Program-made: the position numbers and the translations under genes
Notes under the pieces: generated by a model
Databases searched by the model: none
Seen by the model: only the letters and a program-made list of their open reading frames with translations
What the model was told of the DNA's origin: nothing
IMG/VR virus record: IMGVR_UViG_3300017759_002599
Span: 7,303-71,302 of that record
Reading direction: 5' to 3' (one strand)
DNA: 64,000 nt
Source: a virus
Shown here: in pieces, positions 18,556 through 27,845 of the stretch
Position numbering within the stretch: position 1 is the first letter of the stretch
Layout of the letters: each line of letters begins with the position of its first letter

Positions 18556-19799
18556 CAGTTCTTACTTTTACATTCAAAGCAAGTGACTGTGGAATTGTCT
18601 GTACCAATCATGTAGATGTGGCGTACAGGTTTGTGCTTGCGACATACTGTACACTGCACAGTAGCCTCGTTGTCTTTCTTCGGTGGTGTGAATACCGATG
18701 GCTTCAGACTCGTGCGCTCAACAAGACAGGATGCACAGGAGGTATCAGTCTCCTCAACATACATCTCACGTACGCTGAACTCACGGTCGCAGTCGTAGCA
18801 AATCTTCTTCTCTTTGGACTCACCCTCACGAGAGGTGTCGTAGTCACAGTCCATACAAATGCCATTGTCATCAATGTGCTTACCAAGACAAGCAGGGCAA
18901 GCATCCAGTTTCACATCTTCATGACCGCCAATAGTGTGACCACACACGCCACAATCACCATACTCGTAATCGGCTTGAATGAGTTTTGAGCCACAGCCTT
19001 CACAGATGTCCTGTGAACCTGTGGCCGAATCAAAATCTCCTTCGTCAGTGTCACCCCATTTACCACCCATCGTGTAGTCTTTGTAGACATTCGTGTATTG
19101 ACTGAACGTGTAGGTCGGCTTCTCAATCATGGCCTTACCAACAGGCAGGTCACACACATCAGCGATGTACTGCTGTTGCCCACTGGTTTCGACAGCGTGG
19201 TGGCAGTGTGCATCACGCACCCACTCGATAAGGTCAGCCGCACTTGTGTAGGAAGCACGCTCCTCTTGTGTAGCAGTGAGGTAGCGGAAGATACACAACT
19301 GTACACCAGTGCGACCATGACCACCTGCACACTGTACAGATACACGAGTAAGTTGATGCTCACGAATGTCATCGACCAGTGCATACCAAAACAATGCAGG
19401 TGATGCAGGGATGCCGAAGTCGGGAAAGTCCAAGTGGATGAACAAAGGTTCAGGCTCGGACGAACCAATGTACTCGGCACACGAGAACCCATCGGGTACA
19501 GTAGTGTCGTCTTTGGATGCAACACTACCATGCATGGTTTCGCTTGGACCCATCGCAAGGTCAGGTAGTGGTGACATCTTGTGCCACCCTCCTGCACGAT
19601 TCTTACCACCACCATAGAAGGTGATGCCATCGGCTGATGTGAAGATAGCCTCCTGTCCTGTGTGGCAGTTGTGCTTGCTCCATTTGTTCGTCGTTGTTGT
19701 TGTCTTGTCTGTCATCGGTTTCATATTTTTTCCCCCAGTATTTTTCTTGTTCTTTCGTTGTTGCTTTCGAGTCTTACGTTTGTTTCGTTTTCCCATCAT
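18555..19799 (-). CDS. PTP-like phosphatase with basic N-terminus and multi-Zn-ribbon C-terminus
   Basis: FPDFGIP loop, VQCAGGHGRTG, AVET..QQQYI; eight CxxC motifs. Confidence 0.85.
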   Translation of the reverse strand: MMGKRNKRKTRKQQRKNKKNTGGKNMKPMTDKTTTTTNKWSKHNCHTGQEAIFTSADGITFYGGGKNRAGGWHKMSPLPDLAMGPSETMHGSVASKDDTTVPDGFSCAEYIGSSEPEPLFIHLDFPDFGIPASPALFWYALVDDIREHQLTRVSVQCAGGHGRTGVQLCIFRYLTATQEERASYTSAADLIEWVRDAHCHHAVETSGQQQYIADVCDLPVGKAMIEKPTYTFSQYTNVYKDYTMGGKWGDTDEGDFDSATGSQDICEGCGSKLIQADYEYGDCGVCGHTIGGHEDVKLDACPACLGKHIDDNGICMDCDYDTSREGESKEKKICYDCDREFSVREMYVEETDTSCASCLVERTSLKPSVFTPPKKDNEATVQCTVCRKHKPVRHIYMIGTDNSTVTCFECKSKN

Positions 19800-22198
19800 T
19801 CTTCCTCCTGTATGAGCATGTCAATTGCCTCAATGAATTCAATTGTATGCAAGGTGAGTGAATAGAAATTGGCGAAGGTTTGCTGTGCCTTGACCTTGTG
19901 GTAGTCGGTCATCTTGTTGTAGTCCTTCTCAATGGCATCACCCATCTTGAGTGTCTCACAGATGAAGTCCGTTGACGGAGTGAAGCCTTTGCTTCGTATC
20001 ATTTGCTTGAGTATGACCACACCAGCATACATGATGTTAGAATGTGCTTCATCAACTGTGTTCTCTTCAGGGTAGGAGAGAGCCTGTGTACCATTGGTCA
20101 CACTTGCTATCTTGTAAAGTGGTAGTAGTCGCTTGAACTGTGCAAGTTGAAGGTCTTTGCATTTGGTACAGTGGGCTGAACCACACGGAATGAATTTCGG
20201 ATTGTCATCGAGATACCCGTATACACCTTGACCATGGAATCGGTTATACCCAACAATGGACTCTTCAAGGTCACGCATCTCTTGAGGCAAGTCAGTGCGT
20301 AGGAAGATAGGTTTGGATAGCAGTGAATCGTTTGTAATGTTCTGTACATACTTGAAGATGTGCGTGACATCCTCCGACTCATGGACAGCATCACGGTGTT
20401 GGTATGCGTCGTATGCTGCATAGTACACACGGAAGAAGTCATGTGGATTGAGTTCGATGCATCCCGCATTCGTACCCCAATCGAGCGCAGTCTTTGACAG
20501 GAACTTGTTGAAGAAGAACCCAGTGTTGTGTATGTTGTTCTCACACATGTTTGCTTCACCAATGACATCGAGCATGAGTTGCTCGGTAGGCTTCTTGAGG
20601 TAACGCTTGATTGCTTGTGCAAGTTTGAGTGTGTTGTCCACCGACTTCTTGTACTTCGCACCACCGTAGCCACCCGACCACCCACCGTAGTACTGCTTGC
20701 TCGTCCACTTGAGGAGAGCAATGATGGAGTCGAGTGTGATGGGCTTGTCCTCGATAGCCATGTAGTAGTGCTTACGATTATCGCTCATACTAACGCTGTG
20801 ATTCTCCTCCAAGCGGTCACCATAGATGGATGATACAACCAGTGGTGTCATGTATGTGTGCTTCTCATTACGCATACCTGCGGAGTGTCGCAACTCACCA
20901 ACAGATACGGACAGCCCTGCATTGACAAGCCATCCGACAAACACACCACCGAAGAAGGCAGTGTTGGATGGGTCAAGCAATGGAGCACTGATGAACTGAT
21001 GGAAGTGATTGGAGAGCCAACCATGTTGGCGAGCAAAGCGATGCAAGCCGACCTGCAATCCTGATTGGAATGCGTCATTGAAGTGGAATGGATTGTATGG
21101 CTTGGGTTCCATAGTCGTATCAGTTGTCACCCAACCTGCAACAACTTCCAACCATTCTTGACCAACCTCAACGGATTCATTCTCATTGACGATGTAAGGA
21201 ACTCCATACTTACGGCACTGCCCCGAATGGTGGGACAGAAGAGAACCCGTAGGATGAGATACAACTGTACCTTCAGGTGGGTTGCTACGTAGCAACTCTT
21301 CAAGGCGAGCCAACTCTTCGTCACCTGCATTGTGAATGATGTGTACATCCGTGACCTTGACCTTACCTTGTGGAATCGAACCGTTGGTGTACACATCAGC
21401 AGGTGGTGTTGTGAGAGGTGCGTGACCTGTCGAGCCACGCAACTGCACGAGGTACGACTCATGACTGATGGCTGATGAGCCACGATTGTGATGAGTCACT
21501 CGCTCGTTCATGTCATCACCCATACCTTTGATGCGTGAGATGAACTCCAGTTCAATGAGTGCAGGGTCGATGTTGAGTGTGCTCAAGTTGTTTGTTGTGC
21601 TCCAATCTGATTTGTGAGGGAGAGCAAGTTTGAGTGTCGCACTCCCCGCTGTGACTCCATCGTGAGTGTCACCCATGATGATGTATGAGTTCGGTGCGAC
21701 AACGGCTGATGCGTCAGCCTCAACGAATCGCTGTACGATGATGCAACCGAATGGGTCAATGAGTCCATGCTCGTAGGCTGTGGTGTCAGCAGTATCAACG
21801 GACAACATCTTGTCAGCGATGCGAGTCAAAGTGTCACGCAACTCATCGACTGTGAATGCAGGTGAAGATTCGAGTACACCCGGACGTGGTGTGAGTGGAC
21901 AGGCACGTACGAAGAGTGGTCGTGTAAATACACCAGTCTCCTTTATCGCCAAAGTGATGTGTGAGTTCGAGATGTCGGTGACGAAATCCTCAATCCTTTC
22001 GGTGCTCATGAGTTGGCGCTTGAGATAGCCACTCAACTTGTCCTTCGACTCGATGTTTGACATGGTGACAAACAACTCGCTCTCTTGGGTGAGTAAGTTG
22101 AATCGCATGGTGGATAGTGGTTTCCAATACCCACTCATCATTCCTGTTTCATGTGCCTTCGTGTACTTCGCTAGTGCTTCTGCCTTCTGTGATGTCAT
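19796..22198 (-). CDS. PEP-synthase/PPDK-like phosphotransferase (ATP-grasp, phospho-His swivel, unknown C-terminal domain)
   Basis: LFVRAC, IIVQRFVEADASAV, LVQLR, swivel motif GSLLSHHSGQCRKYGVPYIV (cf. GGxxSHAAIVARExGIP). Confidence 0.7.
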   Translation of the reverse strand: MTSQKAEALAKYTKAHETGMMSGYWKPLSTMRFNLLTQESELFVTMSNIESKDKLSGYLKRQLMSTERIEDFVTDISNSHITLAIKETGVFTRPLFVRACPLTPRPGVLESSPAFTVDELRDTLTRIADKMLSVDTADTTAYEHGLIDPFGCIIVQRFVEADASAVVAPNSYIIMGDTHDGVTAGSATLKLALPHKSDWSTTNNLSTLNIDPALIELEFISRIKGMGDDMNERVTHHNRGSSAISHESYLVQLRGSTGHAPLTTPPADVYTNGSIPQGKVKVTDVHIIHNAGDEELARLEELLRSNPPEGTVVSHPTGSLLSHHSGQCRKYGVPYIVNENESVEVGQEWLEVVAGWVTTDTTMEPKPYNPFHFNDAFQSGLQVGLHRFARQHGWLSNHFHQFISAPLLDPSNTAFFGGVFVGWLVNAGLSVSVGELRHSAGMRNEKHTYMTPLVVSSIYGDRLEENHSVSMSDNRKHYYMAIEDKPITLDSIIALLKWTSKQYYGGWSGGYGGAKYKKSVDNTLKLAQAIKRYLKKPTEQLMLDVIGEANMCENNIHNTGFFFNKFLSKTALDWGTNAGCIELNPHDFFRVYYAAYDAYQHRDAVHESEDVTHIFKYVQNITNDSLLSKPIFLRTDLPQEMRDLEESIVGYNRFHGQGVYGYLDDNPKFIPCGSAHCTKCKDLQLAQFKRLLPLYKIASVTNGTQALSYPEENTVDEAHSNIMYAGVVILKQMIRSKGFTPSTDFICETLKMGDAIEKDYNKMTDYHKVKAQQTFANFYSLTLHTIEFIEAIDMLIQEEE

Positions 22199-22228
22199 AC
22201 TTTAACCTCCAATGTTTTCATCCTCTCT

Positions 22229-22248
22229 CTCTTTGCCGATTTATAAAT
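22229..22248 (-). promoter_or_regulatory. Early promoter repeat copy (extended-leader type)
   Basis: ctctttgccgatttataaat preceded by catacttt.ac.tccaatgttttca. Confidence 0.8.
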
Positions 22249-24830
22249 CAAACCGATTCAGTCCTCCGTTTCTTAGAGAGGAAGTCTGATGGTATGTCGC
22301 CGTCTTCAATCATCTTGGCGATGAGCATGTTGGATATGCCCTCACGTTCTTCGACAGTACCACCGTCGAGAACTGCTTGCACGACCTTGCGCTTCTGTTC
22401 GATAACGTAATTGAATTTCTCGTCAATGGTATTCTCGACGGACAGGTACACTGCACTTACGGATTGACTCTCTTGACCGATGCGATTCACACGGTCTTCG
22501 GCTTGTTCCTCGTATGCGGGAACCCACTCACGTTCAACGAACAAGGTGGTGTCGGATGCTGTGAGCGTGATGCCCTCCTTCGCCGCTATGGTCGAGCACA
22601 CGAGTACCATGAGGTCACCACGTTGGAATGCTTCGACTTGCTGTTGTCGCTTCTGTGCTGGCATGTCACCTGCGATAGCACCGACCTTACCACGTAGGCT
22701 GTCGTCCTCACGTAATGTGGTGAAGATGCTTTGGAGAATGTCACGGTGATGTGCGAAGACAACGATGGGCTTACCGCTAATCTCCACGTAGTCCTTGACG
22801 TACTGAATAGCGTGCTCGACTTTCATGCGACCACACTCATGGCGAAGGTCAGTCAACATGTTGAGAATGAATCCTTTGGGTAGTGTACCGTAGTGTCGGT
22901 GTGCATCGTACTCGTCAAGCCACTTGCGAAGCAGGGCATTGTAGTCCTTGGTCTGTTGCGACGTTGGATTGATGTAGTGAAGCGAGCGTACTTTCGCAGG
23001 TAATTCAGTAAGCACTTCGCTCTTGAGCCTACGAATACAGAAGTCACGAGTACGATTGTGCAACTCTTCTGTGTTGGATGAACCGTTGAAGTCCCACGCA
23101 TACTTGCCACGACCAATCGGTTTCTGATGTCCGTCGCAGTATCGCTTGCCATACTCAAAGAAGTTGCTGAACTCATTCGGGCGTAGGAGATTGAGTGTGG
23201 TATAGAATTCGTTTGGTCTGTTGGTGATGGCCGTACCCGAAAGACAGATGACCGACTCGGATTGCTTGGCAATCTCAAGCACTGCTTGAGTGCGTTGAGC
23301 CTTGCTGTTCTTGAGGTAGTGCGACTCATCACATACAACAATGTTGAAACCATAGTCAAGCAGTTGCTCACGTCGTCGTGAGATGAGGTCGTAGTTTGCA
23401 ATGACTACATTGCAGTGGCGAGGGATGTCACCCTTCCATCCGCTAAGGACTTCGACCTTCCATTCAGGTAGCCATGCCTTGAGTTCCTTCTCCCAGTTGT
23501 ACTTGACCGATGCTGGACACACAACCAGTGCAGGTGTGTTGTGCATGTTCAATGCAATGTGAGCGATGGCTTGGATGGTCTTACCGATTCCCATGTCGTC
23601 ACCAATCAAGGCACGACCATGTGCGAGTTGAGCAAACTTGACTCCGACATACTGGAAGGGGTACAACTCACGGTCTTCGGGAAACGATTCGATGAGTATG
23701 TCCTTGATGTCTTGAATGGCTTCGTCGTCATCGAGTACGGATGCACTGCTGATGGCGATGCGTTCAGCACGCTCTCGCATGTAGGATGCGACTTCGGGTA
23801 TGGCTTCGATGGCATCAGCAATCTCGTTGATGTATGGCATCTTGGAGTTCGCTTTGCGAATCCTATCAACCAACGGTGATGCTTCGGACAATGCAATACT
23901 CCATGTCTTATCATCAGGATTGAACTTGCGACCCTGTGTTTCTTTGATGTACTCCAGTGTCAAGCCACGCTTTACTGGGTCTTGAATGAACGGCCATTGT
24001 AGGATGATGCTTGAGCCTTGTAAGCGTGCGCTTACTTGCGTGACCGAAGGGGCTTCGGGCTTGGCTTGATTGAACTCGGCTGTGAGTTGGTCAGCGTTGA
24101 TGTACACGCCTTCTTCTTTGAAGCGTTGGCGTACGAGGTCAAGTGTTTCTTGTGTGTTCTCGATGGTCCACTTCTTGAGGTCGCCATTGAACTTGACCTT
24201 CGGGAATGGTGCAACGGACTTGAGTACGACGTTCCAATGTTCGTTGAATGGATAGGACAAACCAATGCGTATGCTTGTGAATTCCTTGCCGTATCGGTTC
24301 TTCCATACGTCATTGACATGGAAGGCTGTGATGGTTGGCACGCTTGTACTCTCCAGTAAATCCATAGCGTACTGCTCACCGATTGATACCTTACCTGATG
24401 AGTGTTCCCTGTACATGTGTTGTACAGATGGGATGAGAGGCTTCTGTCCTGTGTCAAGCATGTGCTTACGGATGTATTCTCTTACCGCTTTGTCGAATGG
24501 TCGCATGGCTTCTCGCTTGGCACGAAGTGCTTCTTGCTCACGCTCGTACTTCTCTTTGGCAACTTCGCCACGCTTGCGTAGGTCGTCAAGGAATGCATCG
24601 ACTGAACCTTCGATACCAGCGTCACGTAGGATGGAAGGCATTTGTGTGTTGCGGTACTTGTGGAATCGTTCCGATGCTTCGATGAGGTTACGCTCATCAA
24701 GTTGCTCTTGATGTGCAAGGCGTGAGAAGAACGGCCAGTCAGGTTTGTTCGGACCGACATCATCCTTGTGGTCGGGTGCGCCATAGCCCACGAAGGTTCG
24801 TATCATTTGATGTATGGTATCAGCGTTCAT
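22248..24830 (-). CDS. SNF2-family helicase, SMARCAL1/HARP-like
   Basis: LYPFQ, GDDMGIGKT, VVCPAS, DESH, LSGTA, EGITLT, QAEDRVNRIGQ; two N-terminal F/YxxxxKxW HARP-like repeats. Confidence 0.92.
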   Translation of the reverse strand: MNADTIHQMIRTFVGYGAPDHKDDVGPNKPDWPFFSRLAHQEQLDERNLIEASERFHKYRNTQMPSILRDAGIEGSVDAFLDDLRKRGEVAKEKYEREQEALRAKREAMRPFDKAVREYIRKHMLDTGQKPLIPSVQHMYREHSSGKVSIGEQYAMDLLESTSVPTITAFHVNDVWKNRYGKEFTSIRIGLSYPFNEHWNVVLKSVAPFPKVKFNGDLKKWTIENTQETLDLVRQRFKEEGVYINADQLTAEFNQAKPEAPSVTQVSARLQGSSIILQWPFIQDPVKRGLTLEYIKETQGRKFNPDDKTWSIALSEASPLVDRIRKANSKMPYINEIADAIEAIPEVASYMRERAERIAISSASVLDDDEAIQDIKDILIESFPEDRELYPFQYVGVKFAQLAHGRALIGDDMGIGKTIQAIAHIALNMHNTPALVVCPASVKYNWEKELKAWLPEWKVEVLSGWKGDIPRHCNVVIANYDLISRRREQLLDYGFNIVVCDESHYLKNSKAQRTQAVLEIAKQSESVICLSGTAITNRPNEFYTTLNLLRPNEFSNFFEYGKRYCDGHQKPIGRGKYAWDFNGSSNTEELHNRTRDFCIRRLKSEVLTELPAKVRSLHYINPTSQQTKDYNALLRKWLDEYDAHRHYGTLPKGFILNMLTDLRHECGRMKVEHAIQYVKDYVEISGKPIVVFAHHRDILQSIFTTLREDDSLRGKVGAIAGDMPAQKRQQQVEAFQRGDLMVLVCSTIAAKEGITLTASDTTLFVEREWVPAYEEQAEDRVNRIGQESQSVSAVYLSVENTIDEKFNYVIEQKRKVVQAVLDGGTVEEREGISNMLIAKMIEDGDIPSDFLSKKRRTESV

Positions 24831-24982
24831 TGGTCAGCCTCCTTGCATTCATTTGTACAATACGGAAAGGTAGTCCCATACTTTTTGTTGAGATGCCATG
24901 TCATGTGTTCGCTCTTGTCGAAGCCTTTGCATCCCATGCATTGAATCAGTCCGTTTGATGTTGCCCAAGTATTGATGTTCAT
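24827..24982 (-). CDS. Small Zn-finger protein (not in ORF track)
   Basis: MNINTWATSNGLIQCMGCK...YCTNECKEADQ; coupled at both ends. Confidence 0.55.
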   Translation of the reverse strand: MNINTWATSNGLIQCMGCKGFDKSEHMTWHLNKKYGTTFPYCTNECKEADQ

Positions 24983-25191
24983 TGTATCAACTCCTCAAGT
25001 TTGAGCCTAAGTTGTTTGAGTATAGCGAGTGCTTCGTCATCCTTTCTATCTCTCTCATCCTCGTCTTCTTCTTCATCTCTAAACCCGAAGCCGAGGTGTG
25101 ACCAAAGACCCCATGGGTCATGTATTCCATTGTGGTATTCGGAATCAGCACAGTACAGCAATAGTTTCAGTTCTTGTTCAGTGAATGTCAT
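24979..25191 (-). CDS. Hypothetical protein
   Basis: First gene after a promoter repeat. Confidence 0.6.
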   Translation of the reverse strand: MTFTEQELKLLLYCADSEYHNGIHDPWGLWSHLGFGFRDEEEDEDERDRKDDEALAILKQLRLKLEELIQ

Positions 25192-25206
25192 TGTATCAAC
25201 TCCTCT

Positions 25207-25226
25207 CTCTTTGCCGAGTTATAAAG
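25207..25226 (-). promoter_or_regulatory. Early promoter repeat copy
   Basis: ctctttgccgagttataaag. Confidence 0.7.
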
Positions 25227-25291
25227 CAACTTGAATGCGATGGTAATGTACACTGCTCCGACGAACAGAAGGGGAAACACTTCGACCATGT

Positions 25292-25585
25292 TCATGCTGT
25301 CACCTCAATCCAGTTGCCGTTCCATGCGTGACCGTTGAGATACCACTGGAAGTTACGTTGGTAAATACTTACATGAGGTATAGCGTTGAGTCGTTCTTTG
25401 GTTGTGACCGTAGGCCAGCCCGCATTGCTGATGAGGATTCGCCCATCGGGATAGTGTTCAGCGATGAGGTTGTTGTGTAGGTACAGTTCAGCAACGCCTT
25501 TCCATGTGGAAACGGTCGTGTTGCCTCGCCTGAAGTCCTTGTGTTTCATGAATGCATTTACTGCGTCTTGTGTTACCTTTCTCAT
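25292..25585 (-). CDS. Conserved phage-type hypothetical protein
   Basis: MRKVT..AVNAF...NTTV...LHNNLIA...GWPTVTTKERLN. Confidence 0.75.
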   Translation of the reverse strand: MRKVTQDAVNAFMKHKDFRRGNTTVSTWKGVAELYLHNNLIAEHYPDGRILISNAGWPTVTTKERLNAIPHVSIYQRNFQWYLNGHAWNGNWIEVTA

Positions 25586-25941
25586 TCGCTCACCTCACGT
25601 ATGTCTGTGTGTGTTTCGTCCAAGGCTCTCGCCTCATCTTCATCGGGTAATGGGTAACCGTCAGTGTCAAGACCAATCTCATCCAAGACTTCGGTAGGCC
25701 ACTCCTTCGGCTGGAACTGCGAGCCATCAGTATCACAGTGCTTGCACACCTTGAATGTTTGAGCGTCATCAACGAAGCCAACGTGTGTATCATCATCACA
25801 CAAGTCGCAGGTTGGTTCGCTCTCAAAGAAGAAGCGTACTACGATTGAATCTTTACTGTCGTCGTTCACGAACTCCCACCTCTTGTGTCCAAGCATTTGT
25901 TCGCAAGCGTCATCTATTTCATCTGTCAAGTCTTTACTCAT
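25582..25941 (-). CDS. Hypothetical acidic Zn-binding protein
   Basis: CDLC..CKHC; start MSKDL with GAGGTGA RBS. Confidence 0.65.
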   Translation of the reverse strand: MSKDLTDEIDDACEQMLGHKRWEFVNDDSKDSIVVRFFFESEPTCDLCDDDTHVGFVDDAQTFKVCKHCDTDGSQFQPKEWPTEVLDEIGLDTDGYPLPDEDEARALDETHTDIREVSE

Positions 25942-26231
25942 TCGCTCACCTCGATTGGGAATGGATTGACACGCACCCATTCATGAGTCCACCAGTTTTC
26001 GTAGCCAGTCCAGTAGCGTACCTCGAAACCCTTTCGTCTTGCGAAGGCCAAAGCCTGTGAGATTTGTCGTGGTGTTGCTCGTAGGTCGGTGAGTATCTGT
26101 CCACCTCCGAACTGCGGTGTCTTGTTCTGTGAGTAGACAGCATAGAGATGCCTCCCATTATTGGTGCGTTTAACATGTATGTACCTTCTGTTGGAAGGGC
26201 TGAATATCCGTTTTATCGAAGCCGAAATCAT
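25938..26231 (-). CDS. Hypothetical protein
   Basis: Follows a promoter repeat; exact start uncertain. Confidence 0.55.
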   Translation of the reverse strand: MISASIKRIFSPSNRRYIHVKRTNNGRHLYAVYSQNKTPQFGGGQILTDLRATPRQISQALAFARRKGFEVRYWTGYENWWTHEWVRVNPFPIEVSE

Positions 26232-26241
26232 CGACCACTAT

Positions 26242-26261
26242 CTCTTTGCCGATTTATAAAG
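26242..26261 (-). promoter_or_regulatory. Early promoter repeat copy
   Basis: ctctttgccgatttataaag. Confidence 0.8.
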
Positions 26262-26294
26262 TAAAGGCTTTCAGTCCTTCGATTTTTTGCTGGG

Positions 26295-26476
26295 TGTCAT
26301 TGTGGTCATGTAGTCACTTTGTTCACGGCTATGTTCATGTCGATGACTACAACAGGTATAGTCAAGTTATCATACTCCTATGTATATATTATATTGAGAG
26401 TAGTACCCTATGAGTATTGACTATTCGTTATGGTCAAACGGGTGAATAGAGGTGTGAATAAAGTGAACATAGTGAC
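26295..26476. other. Non-coding element A (AT-rich core with TGAC/GTCA arrays), related to element B at 34641-34760
   Basis: Shared blocks listed under findings. Confidence 0.6.
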
Positions 26477-26775
26477 GTGCTTTGCTTTCACGTTGAAACC
26501 ATAGACTTGCATCTGTATAGGGTGGTGAATCAACACCCCGTATATGCAGGGTGGTGCGACGACACCCCAGCCGTCAACCTCGTGCTTATAGCATGGAGTC
26601 CTGCTGTCGTGCGCCTCTCCTACCAAAGAGAAAATCTCACGTACAGATACGAGAGCCGTGAAGAGTCCAACCCATATGGGTGCGAGTCAATTGATGAACA
26701 AGGTCGAGCGTGTGGCGAGGGCGTAGTGAAGACTCCAGCACCCCGCACGCTACGTGCTATGAGGAATTTTGCGAT

Positions 26776-26814
26776 AAAAAAAGCCCCCCGCATGGCCAGA
26801 ACCATGCGAGGGGC
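26776..26814 (-). terminator. Hairpin plus oligo-T terminator
   Basis: Minus strand GCCCCTCGCATGG-TTCTGG-CCATGCGGGGGGC-TTTTTTT, downstream of CDS 26877-27824. Confidence 0.75.
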
Positions 26815-26876
26815 GGATGCCCACACGCCCTCATGGGTGTGGGCTTACGACCAGAAACGGGTCACTGCGAGCCTAC

Positions 26877-27824
26877 TCAAAGGGACGCATCGGACTGGGC
26901 GACCTTGACTGGGTTGTCACCAATCCATGTGAGGGAACGGTTGAATGCACCCTTACCCTTGAACACGGATTCAGGCGCACCTGCCTTCTTAGCGAGGCTA
27001 ATGACCGTGACCTTCGGCATCGACTTGAGTACGTCGAGTGTGTAAGGGGTCGATGCTGATTGAGCCACATGCTTAGGTGTGGTGTCGGTCTTCTTGACGA
27101 CCTCGACCTTGTGTCCCTGCTTGTACACGGATGCGGTCTTGAGGAGTTCGGCTCGCTCGGTCTTGTCCAAGCCAACGTACCAATCGTCACCAAAGCCACC
27201 ACTTACACGCTCGCTTGGGTCAGTGGTTTTCTTGCCTTCCTTGTCGAGCATAGGCTGGCGAATGAACGCCTTGCGAGCCTTGTTCTCGGACACATACACA
27301 CGAGGGTTGCCCTGCTTATCGACAACGCCTTCCGCAAACCACGCATCTCCGTCCTTGACGATAGTTGCCTTGAGGTTGGCTTGTGCCACACGCTTGAGTT
27401 GACCACGAGCCGTTCCCATCGCATGAGCCCAAAGGCCACGAGTCTGTCCTGCGTTCGGACCCTTGCTCACGACATACGGGAGGTCGAGCATATAGATGAT
27501 GTCCTTGTTGGTGTTGGTGTGCATGGGGACTTTGTTCTTGAAATCAGCGTTCCCATACTGGTGTCCGAGTTCAACCGAAGCGACGAGAATCTCACGCAAC
27601 TGCTTGCGAGTGTAGGTACGAAGGTGTGATGGTTCGGTTGGAACCGAGCCGTTGAAAGTGAATGCAGGTACACCATGCACGTCGAAGACGACTGGGATGG
27701 TGAGTTTGGTGCGCTTGCTGTCGAAGAAGTCAAGCATCACCTCCGCAAGCGGACCTATTTGTGACCCAAAGGCAAGGGTTCGGTTGATGGCTGGCAACGG
27801 GTTCTGTGTACTGTTTTGTGACAT
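26877..27824 (-). CDS. Hypothetical basic protein, first gene of the early arm; possible C-terminal HeH/Rho-N-like motif
   Basis: 315 aa with its own promoter and terminator; YTLDVLKSMPKVTVISLAKKAG. Confidence 0.8.
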   Translation of the reverse strand: MSQNSTQNPLPAINRTLAFGSQIGPLAEVMLDFFDSKRTKLTIPVVFDVHGVPAFTFNGSVPTEPSHLRTYTRKQLREILVASVELGHQYGNADFKNKVPMHTNTNKDIIYMLDLPYVVSKGPNAGQTRGLWAHAMGTARGQLKRVAQANLKATIVKDGDAWFAEGVVDKQGNPRVYVSENKARKAFIRQPMLDKEGKKTTDPSERVSGGFGDDWYVGLDKTERAELLKTASVYKQGHKVEVVKKTDTTPKHVAQSASTPYTLDVLKSMPKVTVISLAKKAGAPESVFKGKGAFNRSLTWIGDNPVKVAQSDASL

Positions 27825-27845
27825 GTTTTAACCTCAACCCTTTCT

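Noticed and set aside
18216-18989. Long antisense ORFs (e.g. 18216-18989 +, 8000-8536 +, 27060-27629 +, 44987-45859 -)
   Set aside because: They are shadows of well-supported genes on the opposite strand, with no RBS or motifs.
26477-26908. 143-aa plus-strand ORF
   Set aside because: It runs through hairpins and the terminator, has no RBS and opposes the arm's direction; treated as non-coding, though not fully excluded.
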